DNA of 64,000 nt from Pecten maximus. Lineage: Eukaryota. The notes under the pieces are model-generated. The model had not been told where the DNA came from. It saw nothing but the letters and a program-made list of their open reading frames with translations, and searched no databases. This document shows positions 13,801-25,800 of the stretch, piece after piece. Positions within the stretch are counted from its first letter, which is position 1; each line of letters starts with the position of its first letter. Location of the stretch: assembly GCF_902652985.1 (NCBI RefSeq), contig NC_047021.1, forward strand, positions 9,672,001 through 9,736,000. The letters run 5' to 3'. The translations under genes were made by a program, and so were the position numbers.

Positions 13801-16800
13801 CCACTACCTACCCCTGTAATCCCACTATCTACCCCCGTAATCCCACTATCTACCTCTGTAATCCCACTATCTACCCCTGTAATCCCACTATCTACCCCCG
13901 TAATCCCACTATCTACCTCTGTAATCCCACTATCTACCCCTGTGATCCCACTACCTACCCCTGTAATCCCACTATCTACCCCCGTAATCCCACTATCTAC
14001 CTCTGTAATCCCACTATCTTCCCCTGTAATCCCACTATCTACCCCCGTAATCCCACTACCTACCCCTGTGATCCCACTATCTACCCCTGTGATCCCACTA
14101 TCTACCCCTGTAATCCCACTATCTACCCCCGTAATCCCACTACCTATCGCTGTAATTCCACTACCTACCCCTGTAATCCCACTACCTACCCCTGTAATCC
14201 CACTACCTACCCCTGTAATCCCATTAACAACCCCTGTAATCCCACTATCTACCCCCATAATCCCACTACCTACCCTTGTAATCCCACTACCTATCGCTGT
14301 AATTCCACTACCTACCCCTGTAATCCCACTTCCTACCTCCATAATCCCACTACCTACCCCTGTAATCCCACTTCCTACCCATGTAATCCCACTATCTCAC
14401 CCTACAATCCCACTACCTACCCCTGTAATCCCACTATCTACCCCTGTAGTCCCACTACCTACCCCTGTAATTCCACTACCTACCCCTGTAGTCCCACCAC
14501 CTACCCCTGTAGTCCCACTACCTACCCCTGTAGTCCCACTACCTACCCCTGTAGTCCCACTACCTTCCCCTGTAGTCCCACTACCTACCCCTGTAATTCC
14601 ACTACCTACCCCTGTAATCCACCACCTTCCCCTGTAGTCCCACTACTCACCCTTGTAACCACAGTATCGTCCATTGCAATCTCACTAACTAGAAGCCTCC
14701 TATCTAATTAACTAGAAACCTCCTATCACACTGCCTAGCCTCTTATTTCACTACCTACCCTCGAAGCATTGCAGCTGGGTCATTACAGATGTCCTTATTC
14801 TCGGGTACACTCATAATGGCTAGAGAACAGAAAAATACAGGCATAAAATAACAGAAATTGAAATCCTCCAAATAATATTTTACAATCATAAGGAGCTTTC
14901 TAATACTATCCAAGCTCGCCAGAATTTTGCTGCTATATGTCAATAATTATTTCAGCTATCCATCAGTTTATACATAATACAATCGTTACAAATTCAATCC
15001 TTCCTTTGAGTAAATAATAATGAAACATTTACCCAGAATGCCTCTGATGGAATCTGTTGTCTTTCTTCGATCAAAAGGAACATAACCGGAGCGACGAGAA
15101 CGTGCACGCTTGGGTCTGAAAAGAGATATTATGCACAATGATTAATAATTTTCAATTATGATTATTAGACAAAATAATTTCTAATATTTTCTTTATAAGT
15201 AAGAAATCAAGTGAATGGATAATCTGATTAATAATTATGTTATTATTTGTTTATTCAACAACATATCATTGACAAGTGGGGAAAAAATCCAGTTCATTGA
15301 GTTTGCAGAACATTTACATGGTAATGTATACCATGATATAATGGTGATATATATATAATGGTGATATATAATGTAGATCACATCACTCAACAGTGTAATA
15401 TATTGTGAAAAAAATTCCTTCATTTCTTCACTTCCTCTCACATGAGAATTTTGAAACGTTATTGAAGTGGAAAACAAATGACCTCATTACGACAGGTTCC
15501 TCCTCCTCTTCCTCTTTTGGAACTGTATCAGGTACCGGGGTGTCAACGCCTTCTTTGACATTCTTGTACGTGGCTTTCTGAGCATGTGTGTACAAGGTCA
15601 CAAGGTCAACAGGTGGTGTATATTTCTATCCAAGGCCAAATCAAATATACAAAATTCTAGGTTCAAGGTCACAGGATTATCAGCCACCCATTTTCATGCA
15701 AATCACAACACGAAGTGGAATTTCATGCACATTACACGGGTAAGTGTTTCAGAATTTGTATTTTTTACCCTCAAATTTCACAAGCTTGACTGTTATCTTT
15801 ATCAATGAAGTGACTTTTTAACAATTAAAGAATTTCCATTCATAAAAACAACATTTACAAACACAAAAAAACTCAAATAACACTAAAACATCCTCATGGC
15901 AGAGTGATTAACATTATAAAAACATTTAGCATGCTTTCATTAAATAGTCTATACACAATCATGTGTCTTGTCTGACTTTCTTGATTTTGCCCTTGTATCT
16001 TAAATCCTGTGAGATTGAAATAATTGGGTATATATATTGGTAAAGACGAACATACCTTGTCCATTTGGTTAGCTATACAGTAAGTGATTAATTAACCATA
16101 AAATATAACTATTAAATAGGTGATTATTATTGACAACTTAACAATTAGTAAAATGGGAGACAATAAAAAGACATAGTGAAGTATTCAAGGAGATTGGATT
16201 TAACATAATAATTGGAACATTTTCTAAAATATCTTACAGGTCAGTGTACATACTGCTACACAATAAATGGTACATACCTCCAAGTCTGAAAACGTCAAAC
16301 TACCAACAGGGGAGGTTGTCTCGCTTTTCTTCCTCTCTGTCAATGACATGGGGAAAATACAATTAAAACAGGCTAAAACCAACACAACCAAAATACAACG
16401 ATTGTGTAATACTGAAACTTGTCCACAGTTTGTTAAATTTGAATACATTAATTTTATACCAATCTTGTGAAATGTAATAAAAATCTGCATATAAACGACC
16501 TCTAGAATGATGACAGTGAATGAATACAAACAGACAGATGGACCAATTGACAGGCAGAGACAATTATCAATGTCATACACTCCTGAATCTGAAACAGGAT
16601 ATAAGGATAATAATTATAAGTTAGACTAGCTTACCAACTTTCTTGGCCAGGAAACCTGCTTTCTTTCTCTTCTTCTTACCCCTCTCAGGACTGGTCGTCT
16701 GTGTCTATATGTTAGAAAGTAAACAGTGTGGTGATCCTCAAAACATTTACCACTCAGAACACTGTCATGTAACAACACTGATATATCAACTGTATAATTA

Positions 16801-19800
16801 TGAGAAAACAATTGTGAAGGATCGCCTTCTAAGAGTTAATACCATAGATGGTAATATTGTAAGTAATGGTCATACATTTGCTATAGTGGTATTGTAAGTT
16901 ATGGTCATACATTTGCTAGACCACTTATACAATATATACGGAGAAGTATAATCACTGAGGTCTAGTTCTACAATCTACAGGTATATGATTATATCAATAA
17001 GTTATCCACACCTGTATGATTAACAAATTATAACAAAAATAGCCACAACATATCACAGAACCTAACCGCAAAACAATAAAGAAACAAGTATAAGACTGTT
17101 AGTAATGATGATACAGCCATATCTATTTAATAAGAGATACCCATGCCAGCTCACCAGTACATGTGCTGTCTACAGCGCATAAACATCACAACAACATCAC
17201 CTTTACCGGTGTTTCTCACTGGAATTAAAGAATGCTAAAATCATCTTTTTTTACCTCAGACTTTGTGATAATTGATCTCCTCATTAAGTATAAATTAATA
17301 TTGGTATACCTGTACTGGTGCTGCCTCTGTTTCATCAACACCATCAAACGGAGTAAGGTTCCTCTTAAATCCTTCCACAACAGATCTGGCCGCTGCTATA
17401 GGATTTCTAGAGAAGTCTATGGTATCATCTAAACTAGCTAACACTTTGTCTTCTACACCTTTCAAAGTATTGCCACCAGGTCCCTGTGATTCTAGTGAAT
17501 CCTTCGACACCATGTTTATTTTCAGTGAGGATAAAGATTCAGGACTTGTATGTAAAAGAGTTTCCAATTCTGTCGCTACAGCGGATGTTAAACTTTGTGA
17601 TGCATCATAATATTCCTCAGTGTCATCACTTAAATAAGTTTTCATTGTGTCATTTCCTGAGCGTGCTGTAACAAACGTATCTCCATAATCATTACTTTCA
17701 TTTTCTTGCAGGGTTTCATCATAACCCCAAGTACCAGTATCATTGACTCTCATTGTATCATTGTTATCACCTGTATATGTCTGTTTGACTCTCATTGTAT
17801 CGTCGTAATCACCTGTATATGTCCGATTGACTCTCATTGTATCATCGTAATCACCTGTATATGTCCGATTGACTCTCATTGTATCATCGTAACCACCTGT
17901 ATCTCTTTGAATGACTTTCATTGTGTTGTCGTAATCACTGGTACCAGTCCGATTGACCCTCATAGTTCCATCATTTTCCTCACTTTCATTTACTCTCATT
18001 GTATCATCATCACATTCACTGGCATTGTTTCTCAGTGTGACCTGAGCTAGTTTATCTATAACATTACTGAGCATCTCCTGTTCATGCTTGTCAATCTCCA
18101 TCTTTACATCTTTCCAAGACATTGACATTCGAATTTCAGGTTTGGCATATTTTCCTTGAGCGACTCCCTTCCTCCGCCGTAATCTCGCTGATTTATTTGG
18201 TTTTCCTTTTGTCTCCATTTCAGACAAAACCACCACATCTTGTATCTTCCAACTTGTAGCATCCTTAAGCCAGAGTTAAACAGAAAATAAACAAATGATA
18301 TGTTAAAATCAATTTTTCACAATTAAAAAATAAATTCATATTCTAGTGCTAAGTTATCTTTAATCATTTGGACTATGTATAATTATATAACAGTTACTGT
18401 ATTTAGGTTATTTTAATATATAAATTAATTTTCAACTTTTAAATTAATTTATCACCATTAAGTAATACTTAAGAGTCTGATGTACCTGTGGGAGATTTTA
18501 AATGTTATACAATTAATTCAGTCAATAACAAACTGAGTGGTGTACCTGTATTCAGTCAATAACACACTGAGTTGTGTATCTGTAGGTGATTTTTAATGTT
18601 ATTCCATTCAGTCAATAACACACTGAGTTGTGTACCTGTAGTCAGTCAATAACACACTGAGTTGTGTACCTGTATTCAGTCAATAACAAACTGAGTTGTG
18701 TATCTGTAGGTGATTTTTAATGTTATTCCATTCAGTCAATAACACACTGAGTTGTGTACCTGTAGGCAGTCAATAACACACTGAGTTGTGTATCTGTAGG
18801 TGATTTTTAATGTTATTCCATTCAGTCAATAACACACTGAGTTGTGTACCTGTAGGCAGTCAATAACACACTGAGTTATGTACCTGTATTCAGTCAATAA
18901 CACACTGAGTTGTGTACCTGTATTCAGTCAATAACACACTGAGTTGTGTACCTGTAGGTGATTTTTAATGTTATTCCATTCAGTCAATAACACACTGAGT
19001 TGTGTACCTGTATTCAGTCAATAACACACTGAGTTGTGTACCTGTAGGCAGTCAATAACACACTGAGTTATGTACCTGTATTCAGTCAATAACACACTGA
19101 GTTGTGTACCTGTAGGCAGTCAATAACACACTGAGTTATGTACCTGTATTCAGTCAATAACACACTGAGTTGTGTACCTGTATTCAGTCAATAACACACT
19201 GAGTTGTGTACCTGTAGTAATCTGTCCTTTAACAACTTGCTGGCACTGGGGCGCTGTTTTGGATCAGTCCTCATCATAGAGAACACTAGCTCTTCCAATG
19301 ATGAAGTATAGCCACTTGGAAACTCTGGCAACTGTTTAAAAAACATGTTATTTCAAAACAGAACCTGCAAAAACTAAACATCTGATTCCTCTGGATAACC
19401 ATTTAGTGCTGAGAGACTGATTAAATAATATGTCCTTCTTTATTTACTCAGCAACATTCAACATCAGAATTTATTTGCCATTTTTTTCTATGAAACCATC
19501 TTTAGAGTTACTATGCAAATGGATAATGCAGAATTTTAATTCTTGAATGATTTCCGAATGGCATTATATATATATCACCATCAAGAACTAGACTAGTAAT
19601 CATGGAAACATAATTCCCACAAAAAGACTGTTCTTCATGAAAAGTCTATTTAAAATGCAACTTAAATCATATGAAAACAATGAGAAAGATGAAATACAAA
19701 ATAATGAAACAAAACATCCCAGAGATCTTGGCGTCCACCACTAACATATTAAATCCGAGAAAGATAATTTTAAGAGAGACTTTCTGAGAAATAGCGAAAT

Positions 19801-22800
19801 GGTAAAAACATAATGTTTTTATCTGAACAGTTAAAATCCATTTTTCCGGATTAGTCTAAAATTGAGCATGCACAAGTAAAAATACCAAACTAGGCGAACT
19901 ATAATATGAAATCTGGGACAGAGCAGACAGGAATTTTCTGAGAAAAGGGAGATAACAAACTTCAACTATATAGACAGGAACAGACATCATGATTCCAACA
20001 TGAAATATCAATAGCAATAACAAATTTCAAGTATTTCAATCCAATATGGCTGCCTGTTGCTCATTTTGTTTTCCCATTCACTTTCAAAATTGCAATATAT
20101 CAACATGTCAACATTAATTTTTAGAAAAATCCTTCTTTTACTTCTAAAGAAATGGTGATAAGAAACTTCAACTGTCAAAATCCTAGATTGCCATCTAGAT
20201 CTGTTGGGCATTTTCTTTTATTACTCAAACTCAAAATTGAATGGGCTCCACTAGAAACTTAAGGGGCCATACATTATGAATTTTAAGACATATCTTTCCA
20301 TTACTTTTGAAGAAATCATAATGATGGTTGAGTGTAAATTATTTACTGACAGACGACTCACGGTGGGCAAATTAGTTAAACATTTAGGATCAAAATGTGT
20401 ATTTTTAATATTGTTGTTTCTCACAACACAATTCCTTTGAAACAGATTCACTAAGATGCACTACCTTGCATCATGATAGGTTTTGAATAAAATGTCTCAT
20501 ATATATATATATTGTATCATCGATAATATCAAAAGGATGCAGTTCAATTTCTTAAACATACAACAAAATGCAATTAAACATACAACAGATATACATACAA
20601 TAAAATACATACAAAAGCCTATATATAGGACATTCATTGCTGTTATTAGATATAATGCAAGATTGCAGATTTATGTACGTATAATATATATATATACAAC
20701 TTATCAGTAATAACTGAACTCACCTTTCCATTCTGAATATCTTGTACATTATGAAACAATGCAGGTTTATTGAAGGCTCTGCGCATTGCGGTCATCTCAT
20801 AAGCACAGCATCCGAAACTCCATATGTCAGCCTGAAACAGGAAGCAGTATATATCAGTCTGTATTTTGTAAGTTGGCAAAACCTCATTGTTGCCTTGTTT
20901 AAGTTATATTATTCATACCTCATGGTTGTATGGTTTAACTGTTCAAACCTCATGGTTGTATGGTTTAACTGTTCAAACCTCATGGTTGTATGGTTTAACT
21001 GTTCATACCTCATGGTTGTATGGTTTAACTGTTCAAACTTTGTACTTGTATGGTTTAAGATGAACTGTTCATACCTTGTGGTTGTATGGTTTAACTGTTC
21101 ATATGTCATGGATGTATGGTTTAACTGTTCAAACCTCATGGTTGTGTGGTTTAACTGTTCAAACCTCATGGTTGTATGGTTTAACTGTTCATACCTCATG
21201 GTTGCATGGTTTAACTGTTCAAACCTCATGGTTGTATGGTTTAACTGTTCATATGTCATGGTTGTATGGTTTAACTGTTCATACCTCACGGTTGTATGGT
21301 TTAACTGTTCATACCTCATGGTTGTATGGTTTAACTGTTCATACCTCATGGTTGTATGGTTTAACTGTTCAAACTTTGTACTTGTATGGTTTAAGATGAA
21401 CTGTTCATACCTTGTGGTTGTATGGTTTAACTGTTCATATGTCATGGTTGTATGGTTTAACTGTTCAAACCTCATGGTTGTATGGTTTAACTGTTCAAAC
21501 CTCATGGTTGTATGGTTTAACTGTTCATACCTCATGGTTGCATGGTTTAACTGTTCAAACCTCATGGTTGTATGGTTTAACTGTTCATATGTCATGGTTG
21601 TATGGTTTAACTGTTCATTTGTCATGGTTGTATGGTTTAACTGTTCATACCTCATGGTTGTATGGTTTAACTGTTCAAACTTTGTACTTGTATGGTTTAA
21701 GATGAACTGTTCATACCTTGTGGTTGTATGGTTTAACTGTTCATACCTCATGGTTATATGGTTTAACTGTTCAAGCCTCATGGTTGTATGGTTTAACTGT
21801 TCATATGTCATGGTTGTATGGTTTAACTGTTCATTTGTCATGGTTGTATGGTTTAACTGTTCATACCTCATGGTTGTATGGTTTAACTGTTCAAACTTTG
21901 TACTTGTATGGTTTAAGATGAACTGTTCATACCTTGTGGTTGTATGGTTTAACTGTTCATACCTCATGGTTATATGGTTTAACTGTTCAAGCCTCATGGT
22001 TGTATGGTTTAACTGTTCATATGTCATGGTTGTATGGTTTAACTGTTCAAACTTTGTACTTGTATGGTTTAAGATGAACTGTTCATACCTCATGGTTGTA
22101 TGGTTTAACTGTTCATATGTCATGGTTGTATGGTTGAACTGTCCATACCTCACGGTTGTATGGTTTAACTGTTCATACCTCATAGTTGTATGGTTTAACT
22201 GTTCATGCCATGGTTGTATGGTTTAACTGTTCATACCTCATGGTTGTATGGTTTAACTGTTCATACCTCATAGTTGTATGGTTTAACTGTTCATACCTCA
22301 TGGTTGTATGGTTTAACTGTTCATACCTTGTGGTTGTATGGTTTAACTGTTCATACCTCATAGTTGTATGGTTTAACTGTTCATACCTCATGGTTGTATG
22401 GTTTAACTGTTCATGCCATGGTTGTATGGTTTAACTGTTCATACCTCATGGTTGTATGGTTTAACTGTTCATGCCATGGTTGTATGGTTTAACTGTTCAT
22501 ACCTTGTGGTTGTATGGTTAAACTGTTCATACCTCATAGTTGTATGGTTTAACTGTTCATACCTCATGGTTGTATGGTTTAACTGTTCATATGTCATGGT
22601 TGTATGGTTGAACTGTCCATACCTCACGGTTGTATGGTTTAACTGTTCATACCTCATAGTTGTATGGTTTAACTGTTCATGCCATGGTTGTATGGTTTAA
22701 CTGTTCATACCTCATGGTTGTATGGTTTAACTGTTCATACCTCATAGTTGTATGGTTTAACTGTTCATACCTCATGGTTGTATGGTTTAACTGTTCATAC

Positions 22801-25800
22801 CTTGTGGTTGTATGGTTTAACTGTTCATACCTCATGGTTGTATGGTTTAACTGTTCATACCTCGTGGTTGTATGGTTTAACTGTTCATACCTTGTGGTTG
22901 TATGGTTTAACTGTTCATACCTTGTGGTTGTATGGTTTAAGATAACCGGTTCATGCCATGGTTGTATGGTTTAACGGTTCATACCTTGTGGTTGTATGGT
23001 TAGATGAACTGTTCATACCTCATGTGGTTGTATGGTTTAAGATTAAACTGTTCATACCTCATGTGTTGTATGGTTTAACTGTTTCATACCTTGTGGTTGT
23101 ATGGTTTAATGAACTGTTCATACTCATGGGTTGTATGGTTTAATAACTGTTCATTACCATTGTGGTTGTATGGTTTAACTGTTCATACCTTGTGGTTGTA
23201 TGGTTTAACTGTTCATACCTCATGGTTATATGGTTTAACTGTTCATACCTCATGGCTGTTTGGTTTAAGATAAACTGTTCATACCTTGTGGTTGTATGGT
23301 TTAAGATGAACTGTTCATACCTTGTGGTTGTATGGTTTAAGATGAACTGTTCATACCTTGTGGTTGTATGGTTTAAGATGAACTGTTCATACCTCATGGT
23401 TGTATGTTTTAAGACGAACTGTTCATACTTCATGGTTGTATGGTTTAAGACGAACTGTTCATACCTCATGGTTGTATGGTTTAAGATAAACTGTTCATAC
23501 ATCATGGTTGTATGGTTTAAGATAAACTGTTCATACCTTGTGGTTGTATGGTTTAACTGTTCATACCTTGTGGTTGTATGGTTTAAGATGAACTGTTCAT
23601 ACCTTGTGGTTGTATGGTTTAAGATGAACTGTTCATACCTTGTGGTTGTATGGTTTAAGATAAACTGTTCATACCTTGTGGTTGTATGGTTTAAGATGAA
23701 CTGTTCATACCTTGTGGTTGTATGGTTTAAGATGAACTGTTCATACCTCATGGTTGTATGGTTTAAGACGAACTGTTCATACTTCATGGTTGTATGGTTT
23801 AAGACGAACTGTTCATACCTCATGGTTGTATGGTTTAAGATAAACTGTTCATACATCATGGTTGTATGGTTTAAGATAAACTGTTCATACCTTGTGGTTG
23901 TATGGTTTAACTGTTCATACCTTGTGGTTGTATGGTTTAAGATGAACTGTTCATACCTTGTGGTTGTATGGTTTAAGATAAACTGTTCATACCTTGTGGT
24001 TGTATGGTTTAACTGTTCATACCTCATGGTTGTATGGTTTAACTGTTCATACCTCATGGTTGTATGGTTTAACTGTTCATACCTTGTGGTTATATGGTTT
24101 AAGATGAACTGTTCATACATCATGGTTGTATGGTTTAAGATAAACTGTTCATACCTTGTGGTTGTATGGTTTAACTGATCATACCTCATGGTTGTATGGT
24201 TTAACTGTTCATACCTTGTGGTTGTATGGTTTAAGATGAACTGTTCATACCTCATGGTTGTATGGTTTAACTGTTCATACCTTGTGGTTGTATGGTTTAA
24301 CTGTTCATACCTTGTGGTTGTATGGTTTAACTGTCCATACCTCATGGTTGTATGGTTTAAATGTTCATACCTTGTGGTTGTATGGTTTAACTGTTCATAC
24401 CTTGTGGTTGTATGGTTTAAGATAAACTGTTCATACATTGTGGTTGTATGGTTTAACTGTTCATACATCATGGTTGAATAGTTTAAGATTAACTGTTCAT
24501 ACCTCATGGCTGTATGGTTTAAGATGAATGTTCATACATCATGGCTGTATGGTTTAAGATTAACTGTTCATACCTTGTGGTTGTATGGTTTAAGATGAAC
24601 TGTTTATACCTCATGGCTGTATGGTTTAAGACAAACTGTTTATACATCATGGCTGTATGGTTTAAGACGAACTGTTCATACCTCATGGTTGTATGGTTTA
24701 AGATGAACTGTTCATACCTTGTGGTTGTATGGTTTAAGATGAACTGTTCATACCTTGTGGTTGTATGGTTTAAGATGAACTGTTCATACCTTGTGGTTGT
24801 ATGGTTTAACTGTTCATACCTTGTGGTTATATGGTTTAACTGTTCATACCTTGTGGTTGTATGGTTTAACTGTTCATACCTTGTGGTTGTATGGTTTAAC
24901 TGTTCATACCTTGTGGTTGTATGGTTTAACTGTTCATACCTTGTGGTTGTATGGTTTAACTGTTCATACCTTGTGGTTGTATGGTTTAACTGTTCATACC
25001 TTGTGGTTGTATGGTTGATGCTGGAACTGCTCAGGACTCATATAGGTCAGAGTTCCCACAAATGTCATTGCCTTTGCTGCCTCACCTTCCAAAACTCTGA
25101 AGTCAGAAAAATGATGTGTAAATATCAGTTAGTCTGCAACTGCAGGTAGATACATATATCAATAAGACAATCCAGCATTCCCCCACCTAATCTGAAATGA
25201 TATGCCAAGAATGCACAGATTATGAATTTAATTCGACAGACCTACCATACGAATTCAGGAATACCACTTATTTTAGTAGATGATATCAGAAATTCAATGC
25301 AAGTTTATCTATGCCCCAATTCAAGTAGTTCAAGTTACAAGTTGTGCAGAAGATCAGAGCTAAACAGTTCTGTTCTTTGATGTAGGTTATAATCAAGTCA
25401 TAATAAAGGTCACAGTGACCTACTTTTGGTACATGACACTCCTGCACCAAGATGGACGTATAAGATTCCAATGACTGATAATATAGGAGATACAGGCCAA
25501 ATAAACTTTTACAGAGTATGTTACCAAAACCAGTTTCTGGTGGGGGACTCAAAATCTACTTCATTTAGCATGACAAGTAGCTAGAGTTGTATAGCGGAGG
25601 TATACCTTCATGCATGCATACAAGGCCAGGGCTGCATGAATATAAATTCTACCTCGACAAACATATATCCTGCCTCAGCAAATACAGACTTGGTTATGAT
25701 ATATATTGTCTCAGGTAAGATAAATACTGCCGTGGCAAACATAAATACCATCTCAGTAAAGATAAATACCACCTCAGTAAAGATATATACTGCCCCGGTT

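Noticed and set aside
12126-14711. Long ORFs of 203-486 aa (PCNPTIY / VIPLSTP / GITGVDS repeats)
   Set aside because: They are translations of the 21-bp array in several frames on both strands. Frame-breaking shorter units occur, and the region is an intron of the NEK gene.
16224-16590. 118-aa ORF as one large NEK exon
   Set aside because: It would need a ~45-nt intron and encodes intron-like hydrophobic sequence. Only 16278-16336 has good splice sites and phase.
20742-25149. ORFs of up to 494 aa (VVWFNCSYL / RYEQLNHTT repeats)
   Set aside because: Artefacts of the 30/36-bp array. The 28-bp variants break frame, and the real kinase frame hits GTA TGA immediately.
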